Below are positions 31,258 to 51,248 of a stretch of DNA of 64,000 nt, piece after piece. The stretch is from the human T2T-CHM13v2.0 reference genome, Homo sapiens, in NCBI RefSeq assembly GCF_009914755.1, contig NC_060927.1. The stretch is one strand, 5' to 3'. The notes below the pieces were generated by a model that saw only the letters and a list, made by a program, of their open reading frames with translations, did no database searches and was not told where the DNA came from. Position 1 is the first letter of the stretch. Every line of letters begins with the position of its first letter. A program made the position numbers and the translations under genes.

Positions 31258-32700
31258 TACTATTCAGCTATAAAAAGAATGAAATCTTGTCATTTGCAGC
31301 AACATAGACAGAACTGGAGGTCATTATGCTAAGTGAAATAAGCCAGGCACAGAGAGACAAATATTGCATGTTCTCACCCATACATGGGAGCTAAAACACT
31401 AATCTCATAGAGGTAGAGAGTAGAATGATGGTTACCAGAGACTGGGAAGGGTATGTGTGTTGTGGGCAGAGGATGAAGGAAGATTGGTTAATTGGTACAA
31501 ACATACAGTTAGATAGAAGAAATAAGTTCTAACGTCCGATAGCAGAGTAGGTGACTATAGTTCACAACAACGTATATTTCAAAATAGCTAGATGAGAGGA
31601 CTCGAAATGTTCCCAAAACATTGAAATGACACATACTTGAGGTGAGGGATATCGTGAATATCCCTACTTGATCATTACACAGTCTATGCAACTAACAAAA
31701 TATCACATATGCCCCATAAATATGTGCAAATATTATGTATCAATAAAAATATTTTTAAAGTTAAAAATATATAGTTCATAAGATAGCTCAAATAAACTAA
31801 TACAAATTTTACTTGTGGATAATACTCTGTGTTTAAAAGATACTATTTGCAAATAATCTATTGCTTCACTCCAAATAAATTGAAAACTATTAGATTTAAT
31901 TATACTTTGAGATGATACATACTTCTTAATTGTTGAGGGATGTAGATTTTCTTTTCATTGCTAGTGCTTGTCTCTGTAACACATGACACTAGGTGATGTC
32001 TGGTGCCACACTTCCATTTGTAATAAAGACCTGTTCCTTTTCTAACAAGCAGCACACATATCAACATGTTTCCCATTCAATTTGAGTCCTTCTATAAATC
32101 TAGCACTTTTAATAATGTTTAAGTGCTACGAAAACAGTTTGGTCTCATGGAACTTACTTTCTTGTGCCATGACTCATATAAAGAAACAATAAAACATTTA
32201 ACCATAGTTTCAAAGTCCTACCTCCAGTATGGTAGGACAAGCCCACTATAGCCTAATTCTCCCTCTAAAGCTCTAGATAAAATGAAATAACTACCTGAGG
32301 ACTCTGAAAAGTAAATAAAAGTCAGTCAGTCATGGAAGGTAGTCAAAAATGTTGAGGTGCTACCTCCAACAGGTAAGTCTCCCAGGTCTTTGTTTTTCTA
32401 TCTCATGGCTTTTCCCCCAAGGAAAGGCCCTAGTCACAGAACTGTGCAGAAGAGTAGCAGCATGAGTGGCTAAAACTGCAATAAAAACCTATCTTTCTAG
32501 ACAGAGGAACCAGGAAAAGAGGCCTCAGAAGGCCAGAATGTGTGGTAATTTCCAGAGAGGAGAGAGCTGGAAAGGGGGATCATCTAAGTCTGTATATGAG
32601 CCTATGCAAGACTTGGGCTTATCCCTGAGCTTCGTAAAGGTTGCACAGATCAAAAGAAGCATAGCAAAGGTTTTAAAACCTGAACTAAAATTTAAACTAC

Positions 32701-37870
<5,170 letters not shown>

Positions 37871-38641
37871 AAAATTCTAACTATAGCTCAGACTAACCCC
37901 TGAGTAGCAAGCACATCCACAGCGTAGGACCAAAGCAGCATAGGAAAGACATTAAAATCAAAACCGAGATTAGAATCACTTTCCACAGAAAGCAAGAGTA
38001 CACTTAGTCACATGGATTTCCTACTAAAACAAACAAAAAATTAATATTATCCAGAGGATAACAGAACACATAATCAAATCAACATAATATTCAAATTTTC
38101 CAATATACAATCCAAAATGACTCGACATATTAAAAAAAAAAACAGGAAAATGTGTCCAATTCTCAAGGGAAAGGACGATCAGCAAATGCCAATCCTGAGT
38201 TGATCCAAATGTTGGAATTATCAGAGAAAGACTTTAACGTAGGTACTAACTATGGTCCCTGAGGTAAAGACCTAACTTGAAATGAACAGAAAGGTATAGG
38301 TACTCAGGAGAGGAACAGAAACCATTGAAAAAAGAGCCAATCAGAAAATGAAGAGTTAAAAAATACAATATCTAAGATTTTAAAAATATCTGGGGGAGCT
38401 CAATAGCAGAACAGACATGACAGAGACAAAAGTAAGTGAACTACAAGATATAGCAACAGAAAATATCCAGCATAGATAGATATGAGGAACAAGAGAGAGG
38501 AAAAAAGATTGGAAAAAAAAATGAACAGAGCCTTAGAGACATGTAGGACAATTTCAAAACAGCTAACATTCTTGTCACTGGATTCCCAGAAGAGAATAAA
38601 ATAACTGGGGCAGAAAAATATTTGGAAAAAGTAATTTCTGA

Positions 38642-39028
<387 letters not shown>

Positions 39029-39129
39029 CTAAATTTTTAAATCTTGATATAATCCAGAGAAAAAAGAAAAATTACGTATTGGGGGAAACTATTTGAATGA
39101 CCACAGATGAGACCTGAAAATAGTCTTTT

Positions 39130-39518
<389 letters not shown>

Positions 39519-41097
39519 TGAGAACATTACACATTTGTCTCCTTTCTGTGGCCAGAATTGTTTTGTATTTCAAGTATGGAAAGGAGCTTTGCCAGAATCC
39601 TCCCGTGCTAAGTGTAAGTAGAGCAGTTAGACTTTAACATGGTTGTGTGATAGTAATGACATTCATATCTGACTCTAGGCAAGGCATGGCTGGAATGAAA
39701 AACATTGACTGTTAAGTGTTTTAAGGTGAACTTCTCAGATACTAGATCTCTTAGCTCACATAGTGGAATTTTGAGGAAAGTACAGGGTTTGCTCTTCATC
39801 TCCTAAGAAATGCAATGATGATTCTTTAAAGTACTGATGGGTCAGGGAGGGGAGAAAACCATTAACCGAGAATTGTATAATCAGCTAAAATATTTTGCAG
39901 AAATGAAGGCAAAAGTAAAATATTCTCAAATGAAGGAAAATGAAGGGAATTTGTCACAAGCAGACTTTCTCTAAAAAGAATGTTAAAATTCTTCAGGATA
40001 AAGGGAAATTATACCAGAAGGAAAAATGGATTTTCAGGAATGAAGCAAAACATAAATGTAAATGGATACGTAAATATAAAAGATTATTTTTCCTCTTGAG
40101 TTCTATATGACTGTTGAAAGCAAAAATTATAAAAACATCTGATGGGGCTTCCATATATATAAATGTAATACATATGCCAACTAATGACATAAAGGTCAGG
40201 GAGTGGGGTAGGAGACAGTGGTAAATCTACACGGTTGCAAGGCTTCTTTCTACATTTTACTTGAAGTGGTGTAATAGTAATACTAAGTAGACCGCAAAAC
40301 TTTAGGTATGTATATTATAATCCATAGAATTACCAAAAAATTACCAAGAAATATATTAAAACTACAATATAGAAATTAAAATGGAATATTAAAAATTTTT
40401 CAAATAATCCACAAGAAAGCAGGAAAGTAGAAACATAAAAACAAAAGTATAGAGGAAAAACAGAAAACAAATAATAAAATGGCAAGCCTAAATCCATATA
40501 ATTACATTAAATGTAAATTAAACACAGCAATTAAAACACAGAAATTGTCAGATTGGAATTTTTAAAAAGAGATCTAATACGTGTTGTCTACGAGTAACTC
40601 ACTTTAAATATAAAAATAGATATAAAAAAGATGGGAAAAAATACCATGGAAAAATTAATCAAAAAAAGCTGGACTGGCTGTATTAATATCAGACAAAGTA
40701 GATTTCAGAACAAAGATATTACTAGGAATAAAGAGAGATAGTACAGATTGATTAAAAAGAGTCAATGTATCAAAACACAAGAGTTCTAAATGTGTATACA
40801 TCTAACAACAAAGCTTCAAAACACACAAAGTAAAAATACACAGAAGTGAAATGAGAAATAAAGAAATCCACAATTATATTTTGAAACATCAATGCTAACA
40901 AAATCATCAACTTGGTAAGAAACTACATTCTGCCCAACAATAGCAAACAAAATATTCTTTCATAAGTGCACATGGGACATTCACCAAGATATTCTGGGGC
41001 AACACAAATCTTAACTTGAAAAGAACTGAAATCTTAAAAGTACGTGTGTGTATGTGTGTGTGGGTGTATGGTTTTTTTTTTTTTAAGATGGAGTCTC

Positions 41098-41427
<330 letters not shown>

Positions 41428-42119
41428 TTATCTCTTGGTGTGTTTTTATTGTTTGACTTGGCAATTTTATACATCTAAAGTATACTGCTACATAATCAAC
41501 TTGACTCTTATTTACAAAGGACTTCAAAGCTTAGTAGTGACTTAAGCGCTATTAGAGAATGTTTCGGTGCATATTTGAGTATCAGTTATGATTTTCAATG
41601 GAAATAAACCCAAAAGGCAAGTAACTGTCATTATAATTCTGATTATTAGAATAGAACAATAGCTACATACTGGACATTTCACCTCCCGTCTTTAGAACCC
41701 TTAGGATGCAATTATTTAATTTTGAAGTATACCATTTTTTGTTTCATTTACAGCCTGAGAATCATTATTTTTTTAAAACCTTCTTTCAGCTCCTAATCCT
41801 TGAGTGATGAGTTTGGTCATATAGATGCTTATATCATACAGATATTTTTATATCATATAGATATTTTAAACACTGAATAACATTGCAAAAACCTTTGAAA
41901 GCAAGATGACACCTAAGACCAATGGCTTACATATAAGGCAAACATTATCAACCGTGAATTGAATAGTAAATGCTACTCCTGTACCAATGAATGGTGTCAT
42001 GCATTCAAGTACCAGGTATGGCTTTTTCTGCTATGACACACAACTTCTTAGGGGCAGATAATCACATAACAAAAAACATATTATGTAATTAGCATTTTCT
42101 TATTAAAAAATAAATTTTA

Positions 42120-42585
<466 letters not shown>

Positions 42586-42899
42586 TTATAAGGAAAAATA
42601 TCCCTAGTATATTTTTCCCCACCAAGGTCTACCTATTAATATCTCATATAACTCTGTGCTTGAAACACAATTTGGGATATATTGCCTTAAAATTTACTTT
42701 GACTAGCAATTCAGTGTTCCTTTTTTAAAAAAATCTGTACTCTGGAGTAACAGTGTTCTAAAACTGTTGAAGAACATTGGTTCGAGAAAAACATTTAGAA
42801 ACACAAACCCCTGGAATGTGAGATGAAAATCCGAGCTAAAGGGAGAAAAAGGACGAAAGAAAGAAAACACAGAAAAGAAAGAAATACAGTCAAGTGAAA

Positions 42900-43800
42900 C
42901 TACGACCACAAAGAGGAACAGATCCATCTCATTTACCATTGGGGTATGGACGGACGTGCGGTGTTCGAGAAGACTGTTATTGGTCAGAGTTTTGCTCTAG
43001 AGGACAAGTAGGACTGTAACATCTCTAGGATGGGTCACTTCCCAAGCCCTCTATTACTTAAAAATTCAAGGAGGAACCGATGCTGGAGTACTTGTATCTC
43101 AGACTTCTAATCACTGCTCCTACGCTTTTCCAATATTACAACAAAAGACCAGTAGGGGGAGAAAAACGCACAGTACCGAACCCTTATCAGTAGTAATCTC
43201 AAAAGTCAACAGATTGATTTACTCTCAAGCAAACAGACTTCTAAGGTACGCAGCACCAAGACACTACCTTGAATCAAATCTATAGCCTATATGACATTTC
43301 TGAAGTCTCTGTTGGCATTACGCGAAAAATCCCCCACGTCTTCTGAATAGTTAGAATTGAATCCTACAAGCTGCTTCGAATCAGAATTCGATTTAAAAAA
43401 AAAAATGAGGGCATAGCAAAAGGTCTCCACGAAGTGAGTCAAAGGACTGCAGAGGGCTGTGACAGTGCATTCCGCCTTCGGGATGGTATACAACTTAAAC
43501 CATGTCGGCAGAAGAACGCACAGCAACGCTTTGTAAAAAGCATTCTTTCTATTATAGAATCCATAACCACGCTGGTTAGCCACTGACAGCGGCGGTTAGC
43601 CACCGCACCTCCTCTCACCCCCGAACTAATCTCGTTTCCTCTATGGGTGTAAAAGTGAAATAACCCACTTGCTCCCAATATTCCTTTCTATATCTCTACC
43701 CCAGCTCGCCTGCTGCTCGTAGAAACAAATATACTACACGTACGCTGTCCTAGGATGACACAACACCCTCACTACTGCAGAAGACGGATCATTAAACAAA
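42900..43800 (-). ncRNA. PIK3CA-DT: Probable 5' region of the divergent lncRNA of PIK3CA (boundaries not determined)
   Basis: I recall a divergent transcript annotated upstream of PIK3CA; CpG-containing unique sequence extends about 1 kb upstream of the island. Exon limits cannot be read from the sequence. Confidence 0.35.
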
Positions 43801-43941
43801 CGTCAGAAGAGCAGCCCCAACTGTACATAAACTTCGGGCGGAAAAGCAAGACGCAGGCGCAGTAGCACATATTGTTACCCTATTTGCCCACTCCCTGCTC
43901 CTCCTCGCCTCAATTTCGCTTCCGCTTCTTTGCGCATCTGC

Positions 43942-44047
43942 TTCCGGGGGATTGTAGGCTCTGCCCCTCCTCAGCTCTTACCCTCTTCTGCCGGAGGAGG
44001 GGGGGGGCCGAGGGGGTGGGGAAGAGTTCGTTGTTTGTTTACACGAT
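43942..44047 (+). other. PIK3CA: Candidate upstream alternative non-coding first exon of PIK3CA
   Basis: Donor-like GAT|GTGAGC at 44047/44048; PIK3CA is reported to use two alternative first exons. The start is approximate. Confidence 0.5.
44035..44042 (+). promoter_or_regulatory. FOXO/forkhead consensus site TTGTTTAC
   Basis: Exact DBE consensus inside an otherwise GC-rich promoter. Confidence 0.7.
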
Positions 44048-44184
44048 GTGAGCGGAAAAAGAGACCAATAAAGTTTATTCTGGAAACAAAAGGAAAAAAA
44101 AACAGGGGCGACGGAGAAAGGAGTCGGGGGCGGGGGCGTGTGGCGGGGGCTAGCGAGGAGAGGGAGCGAGAAGTAGAAAGCGGC

Positions 44185-44431
44185 AGTTCCGGTGCCGCCG
44201 CTGCGGCCGCTGAGGTGTCGGGCTGCTGCTGCCGCGGCCGCTGGGACTGGGGCTGGGGCCGCCGGCGAGGCAGGGCTCGGGCCCGGCCGGGCAGCTCCGG
44301 AGCGGCGGGGGAGAGGGGCCGGGAGGCGGGGGCCGTGCCGCCCGCTCTCCTCTCCCTCGGCGCCGCCGCCGCCGCCCGCGGGGCTGGGACCCGATGCGGT
44401 TAGAGCCGCGGAGCCTGGAAGAGCCCCGAGC
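44185..44431 (+). other. PIK3CA: PIK3CA exon 1 (non-coding 5' UTR; gene encodes PI3K p110-alpha)
   Basis: agttccggtgccgccgctgcggcc...tctccctcggcgccgccgcc...ggagcctggaagagccccgagc matches the PIK3CA mRNA 5' end as I recall it; followed by donor GTGAGT at 44432. Confidence 0.92.
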
Positions 44432-45985
44432 GTGAGTAGAGCGCGGACTGGCCGGTAGCGGGTGCGGTGGGAATGGGGACCGGGTGGGTGCCGGAGACTC
44501 CCGGGCGCGCCCGCCGTGTTGGGCGGAGGCTACGGGCTGGTCGTCTCCCAGCGTCGGCCCGCGGCGGAGTTCGCCTGCGATCGCCGCACCCTCTCCCTCG
44601 CCTGCCTCTGGCCTCTCCTAGCTGCAGAGGCGAGGGCTCGCCGCTCCCTCTCCTTTCTCTCTGGCTGCCGCCTCGCTCTTCCTTTGCTTCTACTCCCAGT
44701 TTTGGGGACGGGGCGGCTGGAGGTTGAGGAAGTGCGCCCAGGGCCGCCGCCCCGGCCGCGGTGGCTCTGTCTCCCGCGCCCTGCACGCCCACCCAGCCCG
44801 CGGGTGGAGGGGCTGCCGCGAGGACTGCGGCTCAAGGGACGCGGGCGCGAAACCGCGAGCTTTTCTTGAGGGGCTGTCACGCCCGAGGACTCCGGCCCCG
44901 CCAGCCTGGCGGCCCTGCGTTTGCCTCTTACTGGGTTTAAATCGCCCGGCAGGGGTATGGAAGGAACACCGCTCCCCTCACCCCCGCCAGCTCCCCTCCC
45001 ACCCTTCCTTTCGAGGTTGTTTTTTCCTTTTAGCTGAGACAAACGCTTAGATCTTTCATTCATAGACCTGAGACACTGACTCATGTGACTTGTCTCTTTA
45101 CTAAGTGTATTATGTGATGCCTGTTCCATGGCTCTTAAGTGGCTCGGAAAGGTAGGGTAGGGCCCGGGATTGGGCTATGTAAACACCAGACGTTCAGCCG
45201 GCGTGTTTTTGACCTCGGCTCGAGGGGTTTATTTTAGGATGCTAAAGGAATAGTGATGGTGGCCAACCGTGTTACCAGACTTGGGAATCGAAAGCTATTT
45301 TTTTATGTCAATAATTGAGACTGTTTACATGGTTAAATAAAGGGTAGGGTAAAGGGAGCGCAACAAGAGGGTCTTTCTAGAAAACAGTCTGCATATTCTT
45401 TAATGAATTAGAGTTGTGATTTCATCTTGGTGAAGCTTCCTCATTCCAGCACTGCGCCTTTGTGCACATGCAGGACCTGGGTTTTCGGAACGATGTTTTG
45501 AATCATAGTTTGTGTGGCCGGGGAGAACCCCTTAGAATACTTGGGTAGGTAAATTCCAGGTTATCTCAGGGGATTATTTCTACTGCGACTTTTGAACCAC
45601 TGAGGGCAATATTGGTCATATGTTATCCTGCTTAGAAATTGAATTTTTCTGAGTATTTGCTTACATTGCACCGTACAAAATTTGTTTATGTGCTGGATTG
45701 CGTGTTTTAAGAAAACTTCTGGAAAATACTCAAAATACCGTGTTGCTAAGTTAGTTTGGATAAATCAAAACACTTTGCTTTCAAAGCAACTACAGTCTTA
45801 ACAATTTAACGTGTCTTTGTATTCAGGTTTTAAGTTTTTGGTGTTTTTTTTTTTTCCTTTTAACTGAAGCACTGAGGTCCGATTGACAGCATAGATCTCC
45901 ATCTAAACATCACATGTTCTGGAAATTTTTAATTATCAGATTAACTGTTCTGCAGTGTCATCAGCCAAAATTATCTGAAGAGGAC

Positions 45986-45996
45986 TGTGTGTGTTT

Positions 45997-46030
<34 letters not shown>
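45986..46030. repeat. (TG)n microsatellite
   Basis: Direct read. Confidence 0.95.
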
Positions 46031-46031
<1 letters not shown>

Positions 46032-47286
46032 GGTATTTTGCTTAAGTTTTTTCATCTCACATTTTGGGACAAAATAAAACTTCATAGCTTTTTTCAAAAG
46101 TTTCTTGTGCTTTTTCAAACTAGAGTACTTTCCTATTAAAATCACAAAATAGTTTATTTAAAAATGATAGCATATCGTAATAATAGCATCATGGGGGAAA
46201 TAACAAGAAAGTAAAGGAATATTAATATTGCATGATTGTGCGTATAAAGTTTTAAAGACATTCCTGTCAGTTTTAAATAATTAAAAATGAAACACCTGTA
46301 AATATAGAAGAGTGTTTTTATTTAAGGTTAAAAAAATTTAACTAAATTGGTTATAGCATTAAAGAGATGTTACTAAATACAAATATTGTACTTAAACTGA
46401 AAAATGGCTTCATGGAAGTGTAAATTGTCATGGGCCTTGATATATTTAAAAGGGAGACTAAAAGTGCAGTGGTTTTGCTTGCTCTGTGCGTGGAACAGCC
46501 TTTCTGGTGGCAGAGCTTCCTTCCTGTCAGGATAAGGTCCTCTCCATCCCAAATCAGTATCCCCTTAAAAAACCAAAGAAAAAACCCAAACTTATAAATA
46601 ATGCACAACATAAAGTAGACTGTAATAACTTTTTCTCTAAACCAGTTTACTTTGTGTGCCGCTTCTTATAAGTACCCTTTACTGAATAAAGAGTTTTAAA
46701 CAGTTACGATTACCATTTAAAGGGCACTTGCTCTGTTGATCTGTTTATTTGAAGAGAGGTAACTTAATCCCATTTGATCTCTTGAGCAGCTACAGTAGCA
46801 TTAAAAGGATCAGTTCTCTATTTTGTTATTTTATATCTTGAATTCCAAGATAGGGGTGATTCTTTAAATGAAGTGTTTCTTAAGCATTATAAAATATTTC
46901 ATCTCCAGTGAAAGTATTTACAATCTTAAAAATTATTCAGCTTTAGAAGTATATGTCTTAGAATATCATGGTTTACATTTTATTAGCACAGTTATCAAAT
47001 AGTTTTTCTTAAGTATTACCTTGAGCTATATTAACAGTGCCGTAGACAGAGTGGTATTACTATCCCTAAGAAATGGTATTCTAATCTGAAGTCAGTTGGC
47101 AGGTGACAGACTCATTGACAAAACCAACATTTTCCGACTCCTTTCACTGTATCATGCTGCGTCTAATCTCCAGCCTGTTTTTTAATAGAACTGAAGAAAT
47201 TAGGGCCCAAGGAGGCTTAATTACTGAAGATCTCCATTTCCTATATTTGCAGTAATATCTTTATTTAATTTCCTTTACATCATGAA

Positions 47287-47440
47287 CAGTGGTTTTCAAT
47301 CCTGGCTACACATTAGAATAATCTAGGGAGCTTTTTAAAAGTACTCTGGTCTCATCCCCAGAGATGCTCATTTAATTGGTCTGAGATGGATCCCAGTTAT
47401 CTGTGTTTTGTTTTGTTTGTTTTGAAGTTCACCAGGAAAT
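47287..47440. mobile_element. MER5-family fragment
   Basis: cagtggttttcaatcctggctacacattagaat...ccccagagat...tttaattggtctg. Confidence 0.7.
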
Positions 47441-47449
47441 GCTAATAGA

Positions 47450-48480
47450 AAAGGATGTAAAGCCCTGGCTGTCAAGGACCTGTATATTTGGTCCTTGCTT
47501 CTTTCTCTAGGTTTATTTCTCCTCCCTACTCCTGCAGCTCCCTTGGTCTTTTCATACTCTCCTGTGCAAATACAGTTTGTACTTCCTGAGACATTTGAAC
47601 ACTCCATTCTTCTTTAACTGGTTGACTCCTACTCATCTTTCACATCACCTCCTTTGAAAAGTCTAGCTTGAGTTAGGTATCCCTGCTTCCTGTTCCCATA
47701 GCATCGTGTACTCCCACTGTCATAGCATTAACCTCACTGCATTGTAATTGCCTATTTCTTTGTCCATATCCTCTACCAGGCTGTAAATTCCATGAGGATA
47801 GGGACTCCTATCTTATATACTGTACAGTAGTATTCTTATTGCCAAGCACAGTAGCCTGTACATTACAGCACTTGACTAAACAAATAAATATAGTAGAGAC
47901 AGACTTCTTTAAAACATGTAGTGATTCATAAGCACCAGTTTTTATTCTTGCCAATTTCATTTAATATTTTTGGTCACTAAAAATGTACAACCCTGAAATT
48001 GCCACACATACGAATTTCATTTGGGGACAGTTGAGATGTTATAAATTGTATAGAGTGGCATTCCACCTCAGACATATACACACACACGCAAAAAATGAAG
48101 ATTATTATCATATATAGTACTGCACTGGAAATAAGGAGACTTGAATTCTTACCCCTGTTTCACCACAAACATTTGGGCACGTCTCAATCTCTTTGGGTGT
48201 CATGTATAATACAGAGGGATTGTACGAGGTGCTCTACATGGTTCTCAGTGATCTAGCCTTAAAATTCTGTGAGTATCAACAGTATTGGCTTTGGAATTTG
48301 AGGCACCATGGTTCAAAACCTAGTTCTTAAACTTACTGGCAGGATTACTTTGGACAGATTTTCTTATCTGTAATGGGGGTGATTACTATTCAACAGAGTT
48401 GTTGAATTAAATGAGATAATGTAGATCCAAGAGAGTTCTTGCCCTGGATCAGGTGCTTAATAAATGTTCATTTCCTTTCT
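47450..48480. mobile_element. Degraded L2 and MIR fragments
   Basis: L2-like ctgtaaattccatgaggatagggact; MIR-like cttatctgtaatggggg...ttaaatgagataatgta...aggtgcttaataaatgtt. Confidence 0.55.
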
Positions 48481-49171
48481 CCTTAGGAAGTGTTAGATCT
48501 CATGAGTGGACTTATCTGAGATAACAGAAGGACACAGTTTATGTAATAAATCCTATTTTCCACTTTGCTGACTGTTAGCACTGCAGGTGTGATTAGGGAC
48601 CAAAAAACACTGTGACATTTGGTTTCAGTCTCTCAGAACCCCATTCCACTGTCAAACACCCAGGTGTTAGTCAACCTGCTTGGGAAATAATTATGCCTGG
48701 AAGTTTCAACCAAGAGAGAATAGCAAGTGCCAAACTATTCACACATATATAATAATATGCAGGAGGGTACAGTCTAAACTGATGAACTTACACTGTCTCC
48801 AAAGATAAGTAAAATCAGACTTCATCATTCTAAAAAAAGGAAACAAAATTAAGGATGATTTATAAAAGAAAATCCAAAGATTTTGGTGAAGTCTCTGTTC
48901 ACCAAACCTTAAAATTCAGGAGCCATTATTTAGTAATTTTCAGGTGATATAAGAAATATAGGAAAAATTGGTCTTCTGGTCAGGACTAATTCCAGAACAT
49001 AGGCACAAATAATGTTTTCAATTTCAGATTAGCGGTTACAGATATCAGCAGACTGAAGTTATTGATACCTTTCTCTACTTGGGAACTGTGTTTTAAAATT
49101 TAATATTGTGTTATATATATCACCTTTATTTATTTGGTAATATTGAAAGTAAACTTACACAGAATGTAATA

Positions 49172-49503
49172 CAGGTTGGACATCCCTAATCTGAAAATTT
49201 GAAATTTTATATGCTCCAAAATCTGAAACTTCTTGAGTGCCAACATACGGCCATAAGTGGAAAATTCTACACCTGGCATGTTTGCTTTCTGGTGGTCAAA
49301 GGTACACAAACTTTGTTTCATGCATATAATTATTTAAAATACTGTATTAAATTACCTTCAACCTGTGTGTATAAGGTGTATGTGAAACATAAATGAATTT
49401 TATGTTTAGACTTGGGTCCCTAGTATGTCTCATTATGTATATGCAAATATTCCAAAATCTGAAATCTGAAATCTCCAGTGTTTTGGATAAGGGATACTCA
49501 AAA
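49172..49503. mobile_element. Tigger4b-like (TcMar-Tigger)
   Basis: ta-caggttggacatccctaatctgaaaat...ggataagggatactca termini. Confidence 0.75.
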
Positions 49504-50037
49504 CATTGCTCTGCAGAAGTTTCTTGTTACCAGTCTTATTTTTGTATAAATCAAATTTGCTTGCCTGAGTTTTCCTTTAAGTTTATGTGAAAGTGAATTT
49601 TATAAGTAACTTATTCGAAAGAAATACTGTAATAAAAATTAAAAACTGTGGATGGGGGAAACTGAAGTGTTAGGATATAAAAGATAAATATGAGGCAATA
49701 TATAGTTAAAGTCTGAGGATTCAGCTTCAAGGCTAGAGATTTCCATCATTCAAAAAGATTATTCAGCTATTGGATATACTAATATTTTATCACTGTATAC
49801 CTTATTCACATTTAATTATTATGTGAATCAGTTGATCCTGGTTAAGGACTTTTTAGGTGTTCTTTCTTTCCCTCTCTACCTATACAGTTTAGGGAGTTTT
49901 AAGTTAAAATATTCCAATAAAAAGTTTGTAAGTTTGTAATAAAAGTGGTGGCTTAGAGCTATCTTTTTCTTCAAATAGTTCTTAAAGTGAAACTGTGTCT
50001 AATACGTATTAGAGAGCTCTGGTTTAGATGCCTAAAA

Positions 50038-50371
50038 CGGGTCCTCCTGGCCAGCAGACCCAGTACCTGTCCCTGGCCTGTTAGGAACCGGGCTGCACAG
50101 CTGGAGGTGAGCAGTGGGGCCAGCATTACCACATGTGCTCTGCCTGTTGTCGGAGCAGCAGCGGCACTAGATTCTCATAGAAGGACCAACCCTATTGTGA
50201 ACTGCACATGCAAGGGATCTAGGTTGCCTGCTCCTAATGAGAATCTAATGCCTGATGATCTGAGGTGGAACAGTTTCATCCCCAAACCATCGCCCCCACA
50301 CTTCCCCAATCCATGGAAAAATTGTCTTCCACGAAACTGCTCCCTGGTGCCAAAAAAGTTGGGGACCACTG
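50038..50371. mobile_element. MER1B (hAT-Charlie)
   Basis: Ends aaaaaagttggggaccactg; 8-bp TSD-like gcctaaaa/gcctaagg; internal similarity to the MER1A at 3226. Confidence 0.83.
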
Positions 50372-51248
50372 GCCTAAGGGACTAAATTCCCCTTCGGACT
50401 GCTACTTTGTATATGTATATGGTGGGGGACAGATTGTAACACATTTTTGTGTCTTTTTCTATATTGATACAATAGGAATTGTAATGTGTTGCTTGCTAAG
50501 TAACATAATGAGATAATTCAAATAATCACAAGTTGCATAAAACTAGGAAAAAATGTGCACATACTAATTATTATTTTAAATTTATATTTAACAGAAGCAT
50601 AATATTTTATATTTGGCCTGACAATGTACTCATTTCTCAAGCATCACTTTGGTAGTTAGCTTGATAATTTAAATTGTACTCATTTATAAGAGGTTGTGTT
50701 TTAGCAACTTTTGTACATTATTGCGATTGTTACAAAGGGGTCTTTATGATGGCTAGCATTGCCATTTGAAATAAATTAGGGATTTTTAAAAATCTATAAG
50801 AATTCTTACAGACTATGCTTGTCAGGTACACTTCGGATTTTAAGTATTTGTATAGTAAAGCCAAGGAAATCAGTGTTGTGATGTGAAGAAAAAAACTGTA
50901 TAGGGATAGAATCATTTTGCTCTAATCATAACTCTCCTAACTCACCAGGAGTTAGCAAGGCTTAGTGGACGAATATGTCTTATAAGTACAACAAAAATAT
51001 AAGGCACTATTATGAAGAGGATTTTAGGCATATGTTTTTGAACAGGAGGAGACAATGTTGTGTTTATTGTATCCTCAGCACATACTGTAGTGTCCAAATG
51101 TAGGTGATCAGTAAGCACTGATCTTTGTGACATAGAATCATATTTAGAAATAAAAATACTTTCTTATATTTCTATCAGGAGCCATACGCTTTATCTGAAA
51201 AGCAGGTAAATTGCTGTGTGCCAGTCTTATTTGATCATTTATTGAGCA

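Larger units (their letters stand above)
43780..44950. promoter_or_regulatory. PIK3CA: CpG island / TATA-less PIK3CA promoter
   Basis: Very high GC and CpG density; GC boxes (ggggcgggg near 44127), CCAAT (44065), ETS-like cttccgg (43941). Confidence 0.93.

Noticed and set aside
43325-43510. Possible NF-kB (gaaaaatcccc) and p53 half-site (aaccatgtcg) motifs
   Set aside because: Imperfect matches that occur by chance; not supportable without binding data.
43287-43678. Minus-strand ORFs of 98 and 79 aa in the divergent region
   Set aside because: Non-ATG starts and no recognisable homology; no coding evidence available.
43930-45129. ORFs of 86-199 aa over the CpG island
   Set aside because: Low-complexity translations expected from GC-rich DNA; most start at non-ATG codons and cross the known splice donor.
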